DNA of 64,000 bases, from assembly GCA_963765205.1 (NCBI GenBank), contig CAVXVB010000009.1:1216001-1280000 (forward strand), read 5' to 3'. The notes beneath the pieces are model-generated. The model was given only the letters and a program-made list of their open reading frames with translations, searched no databases and had not been told where the DNA came from. Source of the DNA: an uncultured Verrucomicrobiae bacterium. GTDB taxonomy: Bacteria; Verrucomicrobiota; Verrucomicrobiia; Opitutales; JABDGR01. Shown here piece after piece: positions 9,314-17,483 of the stretch. How positions within the stretch are numbered: position 1 is the first letter of the stretch; every line of letters starts with the position of its first letter. Both the position numbers and the translations under genes were made by a program.

Positions 9314-10595
9314 CAGTCGTCCGGCTTTGAGTCAGACGACTGACCCGACTTCTTCTCGGGAAGGTGCGGCTTCGCTGCCGCCGCCCTCCCTGCCGGACAA
9401 TGTAATCTCGATTGACCGTGCCACGCTCAAGAGCCATCTGGATCAGGTGGTGCGCGGGACGGACGAGGAGACCTTGAACGCGTTGCTGGATGCCGAGGCC
9501 GACCAACTGTGCGGGGCGAAGCGCTACGCGCATTCGCCCGACCGCGTGGACACGCGTGCCGGCCATTACGAGCGTCAACTGCACACGAAGGCGGGCGAAG
9601 TGACACTGAAGGTGCCCAAACTGCGCTCGCTGCCGTTCGAGACGGCCATTATCGAACGGTATAAGCGCCGCGAGATCAGCGTGGAAGAAGCGCTGGTGGA
9701 ACTGTATCTGGCGGGCGTGTCCGTGGGCCGGGTCGAAGACATCACGGAAGCGCTGTGGGGGACGCGGGTGAGTTCCAGCACGGTGAGCGAGTTGAACCAG
9801 AAGATCGCCGGCACCATCGAGCAATGGCGGAACCGGCCGCTGGAGGGGACGCATCCGTATGTTTACCTGGACGGCATCTGGCTGAAGCGCAGTTGGGGCG
9901 GCGAGGTGAAGAACGTGAGCATCCTGGTGGCCATCGGGGTGAACGCGGACGGCTACCGCGAGATTCTCGGGGTGAGCGAAGGGTCGAAGGCGGACAAGGC
10001 GAGCTGGCTGGGGTTCCTGCGCCAGCTCAAGGCGCGCGGGTTAACCGGCGTGAGACTGGTGATCAGCGACAAGTGCCTCGGCCTGGTGGAGGCTCTCGGC
10101 GAGACCTTCACCGCCGCCCAGTGGCAACGCTGCATTGTCCACTTCTACCGCAACGTCTGGACGGCGGTGCCCACGAGCAAAGTGCGCGAAGTCTCCGCGC
10201 TGCTCAAAGCCATCCACGCCCAGGAGGACGCCGCGGCGGCGAAGCAAAAGACCGTGGCGGTGGTGGCGCGCCTGCGGGAAATGAAGCTGGCCAACGCGGC
10301 GCAACTGGTCCACGACGGCCTCGGCGAAACGCTGGCCTACATGGACTACCCCAGCGAACACTGGCGCTGCCTGCGCACGAATAATCCGCTCGAACGGCTG
10401 ATGCGGGAAATCCGGCGGCGCACCCGTGTGGTCGGCGCCTTCCCCGATGGCCAAAGCGCACTGATGCTCGTGGCGGCGCGACTGCGCCACGTGGCCGGCA
10501 CGAAGTGGGGCGCGAAACGCTACCTCGACATGGGCCGTCTGCGCGGCCATAACGCCACCGAGGAATCGGCCAGCCCAACCATGAACACCGCGTAA
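9288..10595 (+). CDS. IS256-family transposase (native start apparently lost near 9390)
   Basis: RAGHYERQL.TKAGEV.LKVPKLR, YLDG, ISD...GL, QRCIVH, RTNNPLERLMREIRRRT. Confidence 0.92.
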   Translation: MSKSAGFSTSRPALSQTTDPTSSREGAASLPPPSLPDNVISIDRATLKSHLDQVVRGTDEETLNALLDAEADQLCGAKRYAHSPDRVDTRAGHYERQLHTKAGEVTLKVPKLRSLPFETAIIERYKRREISVEEALVELYLAGVSVGRVEDITEALWGTRVSSSTVSELNQKIAGTIEQWRNRPLEGTHPYVYLDGIWLKRSWGGEVKNVSILVAIGVNADGYREILGVSEGSKADKASWLGFLRQLKARGLTGVRLVISDKCLGLVEALGETFTAAQWQRCIVHFYRNVWTAVPTSKVREVSALLKAIHAQEDAAAAKQKTVAVVARLREMKLANAAQLVHDGLGETLAYMDYPSEHWRCLRTNNPLERLMREIRRRTRVVGAFPDGQSALMLVAARLRHVAGTKWGAKRYLDMGRLRGHNATEESASPTMNTA

Positions 10596-10720
10596 AAATA
10601 AACCTTCCTTGGCTCCTGCTCCGGTCGGGCTGCGCCCTCCCTCCGCAGGAGCCAAACCACCCAAAACCAACAAAACCTCAACTACGCCACCAACTGCCCA
10701 GACCCAATGTGCGAAAGATT

Positions 10721-12304
10721 GGGGCTGTTGCCCAAATCCAATCAATTTCGGCCCAAGTCACGATGATGGCATGTAAGATGCTGTCCTGTAGGCCATTATG
10801 ATGGGAGCCCAGGACCCGCAGAAGCAAATGTTCAACTACAGTGTGGATTTGGATCGCCGGGTGCGGCGGGACAACCCGTTGCGAGCCATTCGGGAACAAA
10901 TCGACTTCGCCTGGGTCCGCGACGAGGTGGCCCACTGTTACGGGCACAATGGGAACGAGTCGGTGGACCCGGTCGTGATCCTTAAACTGCTGTTTTTGCT
11001 CTTTCTTGACGGTGTAAAGAGCGAGCGTGAGTTGCTGCGCATCGTACGGAGCGGCTCGATTACTTGTGGTTTCTGGGCTATGGGCTGGATGATGAGATTC
11101 CCGACCACAGTGTTTTGTCCAAGGCGCGCGTTCGCTGGGGACGGGCCACCTTCGAGCGGTTCTTTGTGCGCACGGTTACGCAATGCGTCGCGTTGGGGCT
11201 GGTGGACAGCAGGAAGATCCACCTGGACAGCAGCCTGGTGGACGCCGACGCGGCGCGAGGCTCGTTGACCAGCACCACCCCCGAGCTCGTGGCCGCGTTG
11301 CGGGCCGCCTACGCGGTCGAGGAGTCCAAGTTTGAAATTGGCGAGGAGGAACGGCGCACCATCCCGCGGCACCGGACCAACTTCAGCCGGACGGACCCGG
11401 ACGCGACGCTCGTCGCCCGCGACCCGCGCAGCGCGTATGCCGTCGCGAAGCCGCGTTACAAGAGCCATCGGGTGGTGGACAACCGATGCGGTGTGATCAC
11501 GGCGGTGGAAACCACTCCCGGACACATCCGGGATGGCAACTGTCTGCCGGCGCTGGTGGAACAGCATCACCGCACCAGCGGCCTCGCGGCCAAGACAGTG
11601 ATTGGCGACCAGCATTACGGGACGCGGGAAAACTTTCGGCACCTTCAAGCCTTGGGCGCGCGCACGCACATGAAGCCGCTGCGCTCGAAAGGCATGGCCG
11701 AAAAGCACGGGGTTTTCCATGTGACCGAATTTCGTTATGACGCGGCGACCGACGCCTTCCGCTGTCCCGCCGGGCGGGCCCTCACGCGGCGGGGCTACAA
11801 CAAAAACGAGCAAGGCTGGTATTACCGCGCGGACACCGCCGTCTGCCAGGCCTGTCCCTTGCGCCACCGATGCACCAAGACGGCGCACCCCTCCCAGACC
11901 CGCCTGATTGTGCGGCCTGACGGTCATGAGTTCCTCCTGCAAGGTTGGGCCCAAGCGGACAGCCCCGCGGCCAAGCGTGACCGCCGCCGGCGAATGACCC
12001 TGATTGAAGGAAGCTTTGGCCAGGCGGCGCAGAACCATCATTTCAAGCGGGCGCGGTATCGGCGGCTGTGGCGGCAAAGCATCCAGGACCATCTGATTGC
12101 GGCGGCGCAAAACGTGAAAAAGATCATCCAACGAGCCTCCCGCACGGGCCTCGCGGCCGTTTTGACCGTAGCCGCCGCCGCGCATCATCCTATCCGGAAC
12201 ATTTTTCGACTGACGGCATCCTTGGTTGGGGAAATATTGCCTGCGCCGCTCGACTGTTGGTCGTTAGTGTGACCTACGCGATTAATGATTCAGGCAACAG
12301 CCCC
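10721..12304 (+). mobile_element. IS1182-family insertion sequence
   Basis: TIR GGGGCTGTTGCC(CA/TG)AATC at both ends; 4-bp duplication GATT at 10717-10720 and 12305-12308. Confidence 0.88.
10798..12272 (+). CDS. IS1182-family transposase, frameshifted near 11047
   Basis: DPVVILKLLFL...SERELLR then WFLGYGLDDEIPDHSVLSKAR in the next frame; SRTDPDA, CQACPLR.RC, IEGSFG; one base missing in IV(P)ERLDY. Confidence 0.85.
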
Positions 12305-12331
12305 GATTCAGGACACTACCATTAAGAACTT

Positions 12332-12425
12332 AACCACGGAGAGCACGGAGGACACGGAGGAAATTCAACTCGAAACCTGAAATCCAAAACTATATCTCTC
12401 CGCGTTCGCTGTGTTCCCTATGGTT
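12332..12425. repeat. Inverted repeat of degenerate 9-nt units (CACGGAGRR type) at valS 3' end
   Basis: AACCACGGAGAGCACGGAGGACACGGAG ... CTCCGCGTTCGCTGTGTTCCCTATGGTT. Confidence 0.75.
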
Positions 12426-12434
12426 GAAAAATTC

Positions 12435-15233
12435 CTATCCTAGTGCGGCGAGCAAGCGACGGAATTCCTCGCGCTTGGCCTGGTTCTCGGCGAACTGCTT
12501 GCGCGCGCCCTCGATGACATTCGCTGGCGCCTTCGACGTGAAGGCCTCGTTGGCCAGCCGCGCTTCGCTGCCGGCGATGACTTTGTCAAGTTGGTCGAGT
12601 TCTTTGGTTAGGCGGGCGCGTTCGGCGGTTTTGTCAATTAGGCCCTCAAGAACCAGATGAAGTGTGCCAAAAGGAGTAATCGCTGCGACGGATTCTGCGG
12701 GGGCCGGAAACTCAATCTGTAGAAAGCCTATCTCGGAGGCACCTGTCATTCGCAGTAATTTTTCCATGTCGTTTGAAATTTCTTCGTATTGAAAGTATTT
12801 GCCTTGTAACAAAAATTTCATGTCACGGCGTGACGCCAGATTTCTTTGAGCCTTAAGTCCTAGAGCTTGCGAAACGAACTGGCGGCGCATCGGCAGCATA
12901 TTGGCCTCAGCCTTGTTTAGCTCAATGCCACGACTCTTAAACATTCGAAATAATTCATTATAATCGCCAGCATTGGCATTTCCAATCATCTGAAATTGTT
13001 GCCCATATCCAAGCAGATGCCACAATTCCTCTGTGATAAATGGCATAAATGGATGCAACAAGATTAGAAACTGACGCACGCATAAATCCATAACAGCCAA
13101 CACGTGTGTTCGGTTTGCCTCATTCGTTAGTCTTGTTTTTGTTGCCTCGATATACCAATCACAATAGTCTCCCCAGAAGAACGTGTAGAGGTCACGCGTA
13201 GCTAGATTGAAGCGGTAAGTGGCGGATATTAAGTCGAGGCTGAATACTTGTTTAACTCCGAAGTGAGTATCATTCAATCGTCCGAGTATCCCGTGGTCGT
13301 CCTTGTCCATCTGCGCAGGATCAACTCGTGCTAAAATTGCCTCGATTGAAGCGCTGTCACCAGAAGGGCCTGACATTTGGCGAAACCGAGCAGCATTCCA
13401 AATTTTGTTACAAAAATTTCTTCCCAATTCTACATTACTTTCGTCGAAGAGAATGTCATTGCCCTGCGGGGCGCTGTTCATGGTGCCGAAGCGCAGGCCG
13501 TCCGCCCCGTATTTGTTGATGAGGTCAATCGGATCGGGAGAATTGCCGAGGCTTTTCGACATCTTACGCCCCTGCTTGTCGCGGATGATGCCGGTGAAAT
13601 AAACGCGTTCAAATGGAATGCATTTTCTGATAATTGCTTCGGATAATGGGGCATTTTCCCGTTCAATTCTCGTTTTATTTTGTTCTTCTGAAGGCGACAT
13701 GAATTCGAGGCCGGCGATGATCATGCGCGCGACCCAGAAGAAAATAATGTCCGGCCCGGTCACCAGGTCGCTCGTCGGATACCAGAATTTCAACTCTTCC
13801 GCTTGTTGCGCGTTTGGCTCGGGCCAGCCCATGGTCGCAAACGGCCAGAGCCACGACGAGGCCCAGGTGTCGAGCGAGTCCTCGTCTTGCTCCCAATTCT
13901 GCGGGTCGGGCGGGCCGTCCACCGAGACGTGGCGGTTGGCCGAGTCGGCGCGGTCCGCACCCTTTTTATACCAGACCGGAATGCGATGGCCCCACCAGAC
14001 CTGGCGCGAGATGCACCAGTCCTGAATTTTGTCGAGCCAGTTTGCATAAACTTTCGTCCAATGATCGGGAATAAAACGAATATACCCCTTGGCTACCGCC
14101 GCCTTTGCTTCTTCAATTCGCGGGTATTTCAAAAACCACTGTTCGGACAGGCGCGGCTCGATGGGCACGTCCGCGCGCTCGGAGAAGCCGACGTTGTTCT
14201 CATACGGCTCCTCCTTCACCAGCAAGCCCAGTTCCCTCAATTTTTCGGCGGCCACTTTGCGCGCCTTGAAACGCTCCATCCCGACAAACTCCTCGCCCGC
14301 CAGCGCGGTGAGTTTCCCGCCCGCGTCAATCACCTCGATGATGGGCAGGTTGTGCCGCTGGCCGATTTCGAAGTCCACCCGGTCGTGCGCGGGCGTGACC
14401 TTGAGCGCGCCGGAGCCGAAATCCTTGTCCGCCGCCGTGTCAAAAACGATCGGAATTTGCGCGCGGGGAAACGGCCGCCAGACATGCGCGCCGCGCAGGT
14501 GCGCATAACGCGGATCGTCGGGATGCACCGCGACGGCGGTATCGCCCATTAGCGTTTCGGGGCGCGTGGTGGCGATATTGATAAATTCGCCGGGGCGCTC
14601 GACGATTTCGTAGCGCATGTGGTAGAGCAAACCCTTTTGCGCCTTCGGGATCACCTCCTCGTCGGACAGCGCGGTTTGCGAGGCCGGGCACCAATTGACC
14701 ATGCGCTTGCCACGATAGATGTAACCGCGCTCGTAAAGTTTCACAAACGCCGCCAGCACCGCGCGGCTGTAGGCCGGATCGAGCGTGTGGACGGTGCGCG
14801 CCCAATCGCAGGAGCAGCCGAGACGCTTGAGTTGCTCGATGATGATGCCGCCGTGTTTGTCGCGCCATTCGACCACGCGCGCGAGGAATTTTTCGCGGCC
14901 CATTTTGCGGCGGTCGAGGCCCTCCTTGCGCAATTCCCTTTCGACGCGGGTCTGCGTGGAAAGCCCGGCGTGGTCCGTCCCCGGCAGCCACAGCACCGCC
15001 TTGCCTTCCTGCCGTGCGCGCCGCGCAAGGATGTCCTGGATGGTGTTGTTGAGGACGTGGCCCATGGTCAGCACGCCGGTGACGTTCGGCGGCGGGATGA
15101 CGATGCAGAAGGCGCGCTCCGGGTGCGCCGGGTCGGCGACGCCCGCAAACGCGCGCGCGTCGAGCCACGCTTGATACCAGCGTTGCTCGACCTGGCTCGG
15201 GTCGTAGGCTTTGGCGATGTCGGGGCCGGACAT
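12435..15233 (-). CDS. valS: Valine--tRNA ligase
   Basis: PPPNVTGVLTMGH, GTDHAG, DWCISRQ.WWGHRIP, KMSKS, C-terminal coiled coil (FTSKAP); start at MSGPDIAKAY. Confidence 0.97.
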   Translation of the reverse strand: MSGPDIAKAYDPSQVEQRWYQAWLDARAFAGVADPAHPERAFCIVIPPPNVTGVLTMGHVLNNTIQDILARRARQEGKAVLWLPGTDHAGLSTQTRVERELRKEGLDRRKMGREKFLARVVEWRDKHGGIIIEQLKRLGCSCDWARTVHTLDPAYSRAVLAAFVKLYERGYIYRGKRMVNWCPASQTALSDEEVIPKAQKGLLYHMRYEIVERPGEFINIATTRPETLMGDTAVAVHPDDPRYAHLRGAHVWRPFPRAQIPIVFDTAADKDFGSGALKVTPAHDRVDFEIGQRHNLPIIEVIDAGGKLTALAGEEFVGMERFKARKVAAEKLRELGLLVKEEPYENNVGFSERADVPIEPRLSEQWFLKYPRIEEAKAAVAKGYIRFIPDHWTKVYANWLDKIQDWCISRQVWWGHRIPVWYKKGADRADSANRHVSVDGPPDPQNWEQDEDSLDTWASSWLWPFATMGWPEPNAQQAEELKFWYPTSDLVTGPDIIFFWVARMIIAGLEFMSPSEEQNKTRIERENAPLSEAIIRKCIPFERVYFTGIIRDKQGRKMSKSLGNSPDPIDLINKYGADGLRFGTMNSAPQGNDILFDESNVELGRNFCNKIWNAARFRQMSGPSGDSASIEAILARVDPAQMDKDDHGILGRLNDTHFGVKQVFSLDLISATYRFNLATRDLYTFFWGDYCDWYIEATKTRLTNEANRTHVLAVMDLCVRQFLILLHPFMPFITEELWHLLGYGQQFQMIGNANAGDYNELFRMFKSRGIELNKAEANMLPMRRQFVSQALGLKAQRNLASRRDMKFLLQGKYFQYEEISNDMEKLLRMTGASEIGFLQIEFPAPAESVAAITPFGTLHLVLEGLIDKTAERARLTKELDQLDKVIAGSEARLANEAFTSKAPANVIEGARKQFAENQAKREEFRRLLAALG

Positions 15234-15291
15234 GGGTGAAAAGGGAGACAATAGAGATAAAATGGAAAAAGGAGGAAAGCAAAAATTTTCT

Positions 15292-15365
15292 CCGCCAAGG
15301 CGCGAAGAGCGCAAAGGACTGCTTCAACTCGAAGAGTACTCTTTGCGTTCTTAGCGACTTGGCGG
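15292..15365. repeat. Inverted repeat of degenerate 9-nt units (CGCNAAGRN type) upstream of valS
   Basis: CCGCCAAGGCGCGAAGAGCGCAAAG / CTTTGCGTTCTTAGCGACTTGGCGG, 25-bp arms, 3 mismatches; supplies the MFS stop codon. Confidence 0.8.
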
Positions 15366-16592
15366 TGAATCCTTCCTCGCGGGTCGAAGCACGCCGATGC
15401 GCCCGACCAACACTGCTCCCGCCAGGAACAGCACCAAGCTGTAGCCAAAGGCCACGCGCACGCCGAACGCGCTCCACAACGCGCCGACGGCCACGCTTGA
15501 AATAAAGTCCCCCACCCCGTTGACGGTCGCCAGCACGCCAAAGGCCATCCCATGGCGGGATTCCTCCACCAACTCGGCGCTTAAGGAGTCTTCGAGCGTC
15601 TCGTTCATGCCGACGTGGATGCCGTTCAAAATAAACACGGCTGCCAAAACCCCCAGGCCCGGCGGCGGCGCGATAATCAAGAGCGCCATCACCGCCGCCA
15701 AACCGTAACTCGCGCCGAGCAGGAACACTTTGGAAAAGTGGTCCGCGAGCCAGCCGGCGATGAACGCGAAGGCGGCATAAAGGATGTTGTGCAAAACATA
15801 GAGCGCGACCGCCGCGCTGGCGGCCCGGGCCGCGCCGTAAACCGGCGTCAGTTCCTGCGCGGCCAGCAGGATGAGCAGCGTGGGCGCGCAATCCCCCGCG
15901 CCAAACAGCCCCGCCGCCAGCAGGAATTTTCGATACTGCGTCGGCAGGCCGCGCAGGCCTTCGCCAAAGGAAATGCTTTTGATGTGCGGGCGCTTGCGCT
16001 CTTTGACCAGAAAGGCCACGGCCAGCACCGCGGCCAAACCGGGCACCAGCGTGCAGAAAAAAACCGGTGGATAGTGGTGCGCAAAGGCTTGCAGCAAAAA
16101 ATATGCGCTCAGCGGCCCGGCGATGGCGCCGCAGGTGTCCATCATGCGCTCGAAGCCGAAGGCGCGGCCGTAAGTTTCGCGCGTCACCGCCGCGGCCAGC
16201 ATCGCCTTGCGCACCGGCGTGCGCACGCCCCGCCCCAGCCACGCCGTGCAGCGCGACAACAACACCTGCCACGCGCTGCTCGCGAAACCAAAAGTCGCCG
16301 TCGCCAGCGCCGTGACGGCGTAGCCGCACACCATGACCGGTTTGCGCCGCGCGAGCCGGTCCGTCCAATGTCCGGAACCAAGTTTAGCGAGGCTGGAAAG
16401 CCCGTCGGCGGTGCCCTCGATGAGGCCCACCCACGCCGCCGCCACGCCCATCGAGGCCAGAAATGCGGGCAGAATCGTCGTGGCCGTCTCATGCGACCAG
16501 TCGCTCAACAGTGAGGCGAGGCCGATGCCCAGCACGGTCGCGTTGAGCCAGCAGCCGGGCGCGGGGGCGTGATTGGACTTGGCCTGACCCAT
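15351..16592 (-). CDS. MFS transporter
   Basis: About 12 hydrophobic segments, G.WTDRLARRKP motif A, GRAFGFERMMDT.GA. Confidence 0.9.
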   Translation of the reverse strand: MGQAKSNHAPAPGCWLNATVLGIGLASLLSDWSHETATTILPAFLASMGVAAAWVGLIEGTADGLSSLAKLGSGHWTDRLARRKPVMVCGYAVTALATATFGFASSAWQVLLSRCTAWLGRGVRTPVRKAMLAAAVTRETYGRAFGFERMMDTCGAIAGPLSAYFLLQAFAHHYPPVFFCTLVPGLAAVLAVAFLVKERKRPHIKSISFGEGLRGLPTQYRKFLLAAGLFGAGDCAPTLLILLAAQELTPVYGAARAASAAVALYVLHNILYAAFAFIAGWLADHFSKVFLLGASYGLAAVMALLIIAPPPGLGVLAAVFILNGIHVGMNETLEDSLSAELVEESRHGMAFGVLATVNGVGDFISSVAVGALWSAFGVRVAFGYSLVLFLAGAVLVGRIGVLRPARKDSPPSR

Positions 16593-16816
16593 GCGCGTCA
16601 CTATTCCCGGCTCAAGCTACAAGACTCAAGCAGTATTTTCGCTGAGGCGGAGACTGCGGCCGGCCAATGTATTCTTTCATGCGGCTGCATCCGCCCGGAC
16701 GACAGCGCCATAAAGCGTGGGTAACTTAAAATGACAGCAATTATTACAAACTTAATGCATCCCTCTTGGAGCAAACACCTGCGGTGCGGTGGCTGACTTG
16801 GATACGATATAACGGA

Positions 16817-17356
16817 CTACGGATCCGGCCAGTTGGCGCCCTCGACGATCCATTGTTTGATTGTGGCAATTTCATCGTCGCTGGGCTGATCCTCGGAGAC
16901 CGGCGGCATGTGGTCGCTGGCGTTGGGGGAGCGGGTGATGGCGCGGTAAACATCGCTGCGGTCGGGATCGCCGGGGGTGACGTGCATGAAGACGCTGGCT
17001 TTGACGTCGAGGCGCACGCCCCCGCGTTGCTTCCCATTGCCGTGGCATTGGTAGCAATAGTAATCAAAAATGGGTTTAACCTGCTGATCAAAATCGATTT
17101 TGGCGATGGTGGCTGCGGAAGTGGCGGGAACCGACACTTGCACAGGAGTGGCGGGCACAGCGTTGGCGGGCGCGGCGGCCACAGCCACAACAGTTGGCGG
17201 TGGGACAGAGGGGGTAGGAGCCGGTATAGAATCCGATGATGGGGCGGGAGGCGGTTGCGCGACCGCCGACGGGGTGGCGGGGGCGCCGGCGCAGGCGACC
17301 AAGGCCAACGCAGCAAGCGCGGGAATGACAAACAGGAGGGAGGAATGGGGTTTCAT
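16817..17356 (-). CDS. Lipoprotein with planctomycete-type cytochrome c domain
   Basis: Lipobox LVAC, Pro/Ala linker, VKPIF...CYQCH, HMPP, IKQWIVEGA.W. Confidence 0.85.
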   Translation of the reverse strand: MKPHSSLLFVIPALAALALVACAGAPATPSAVAQPPPAPSSDSIPAPTPSVPPPTVVAVAAAPANAVPATPVQVSVPATSAATIAKIDFDQQVKPIFDYYCYQCHGNGKQRGGVRLDVKASVFMHVTPGDPDRSDVYRAITRSPNASDHMPPVSEDQPSDDEIATIKQWIVEGANWPDP

Positions 17357-17483
17357 TGAGATCGTTGAGGCCGGAGAGATTGGCTCCCGGAGACTCGGGG
17401 GCTTTTTCAGGAGTTCTAAAATAGCAGTAAAACTTGCTTGTCAACCCTCGGCGAGTGCCTGTAAACTCTGGACAATTCTATTT

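Larger units (their letters stand above)
8565..12320. mobile_element. Rearranged IS256-family structure bounded by two inverted copies of the IS right end
   Basis: 8565-8956 is the near reverse complement of 10341-10720 joined to 12309-12320; terminus GGTAGTGTCCTGAATCTTTCGCACATT; no flanking direct repeat seen. Confidence 0.85.

Noticed and set aside
12650..14140. valS patches as a classical DGR variable region or intein
   Set aside because: No template repeat or reverse transcriptase in the window; no large in-frame insertion or intein termini
17100..17483. Long N-terminal extensions in the ORF track (also 44119..44742, 35885..35944, 50322..50423, 31549..31743)
   Set aside because: They overlap opposite-strand genes or translate intergenic repeats; downstream starts fit the family N-termini
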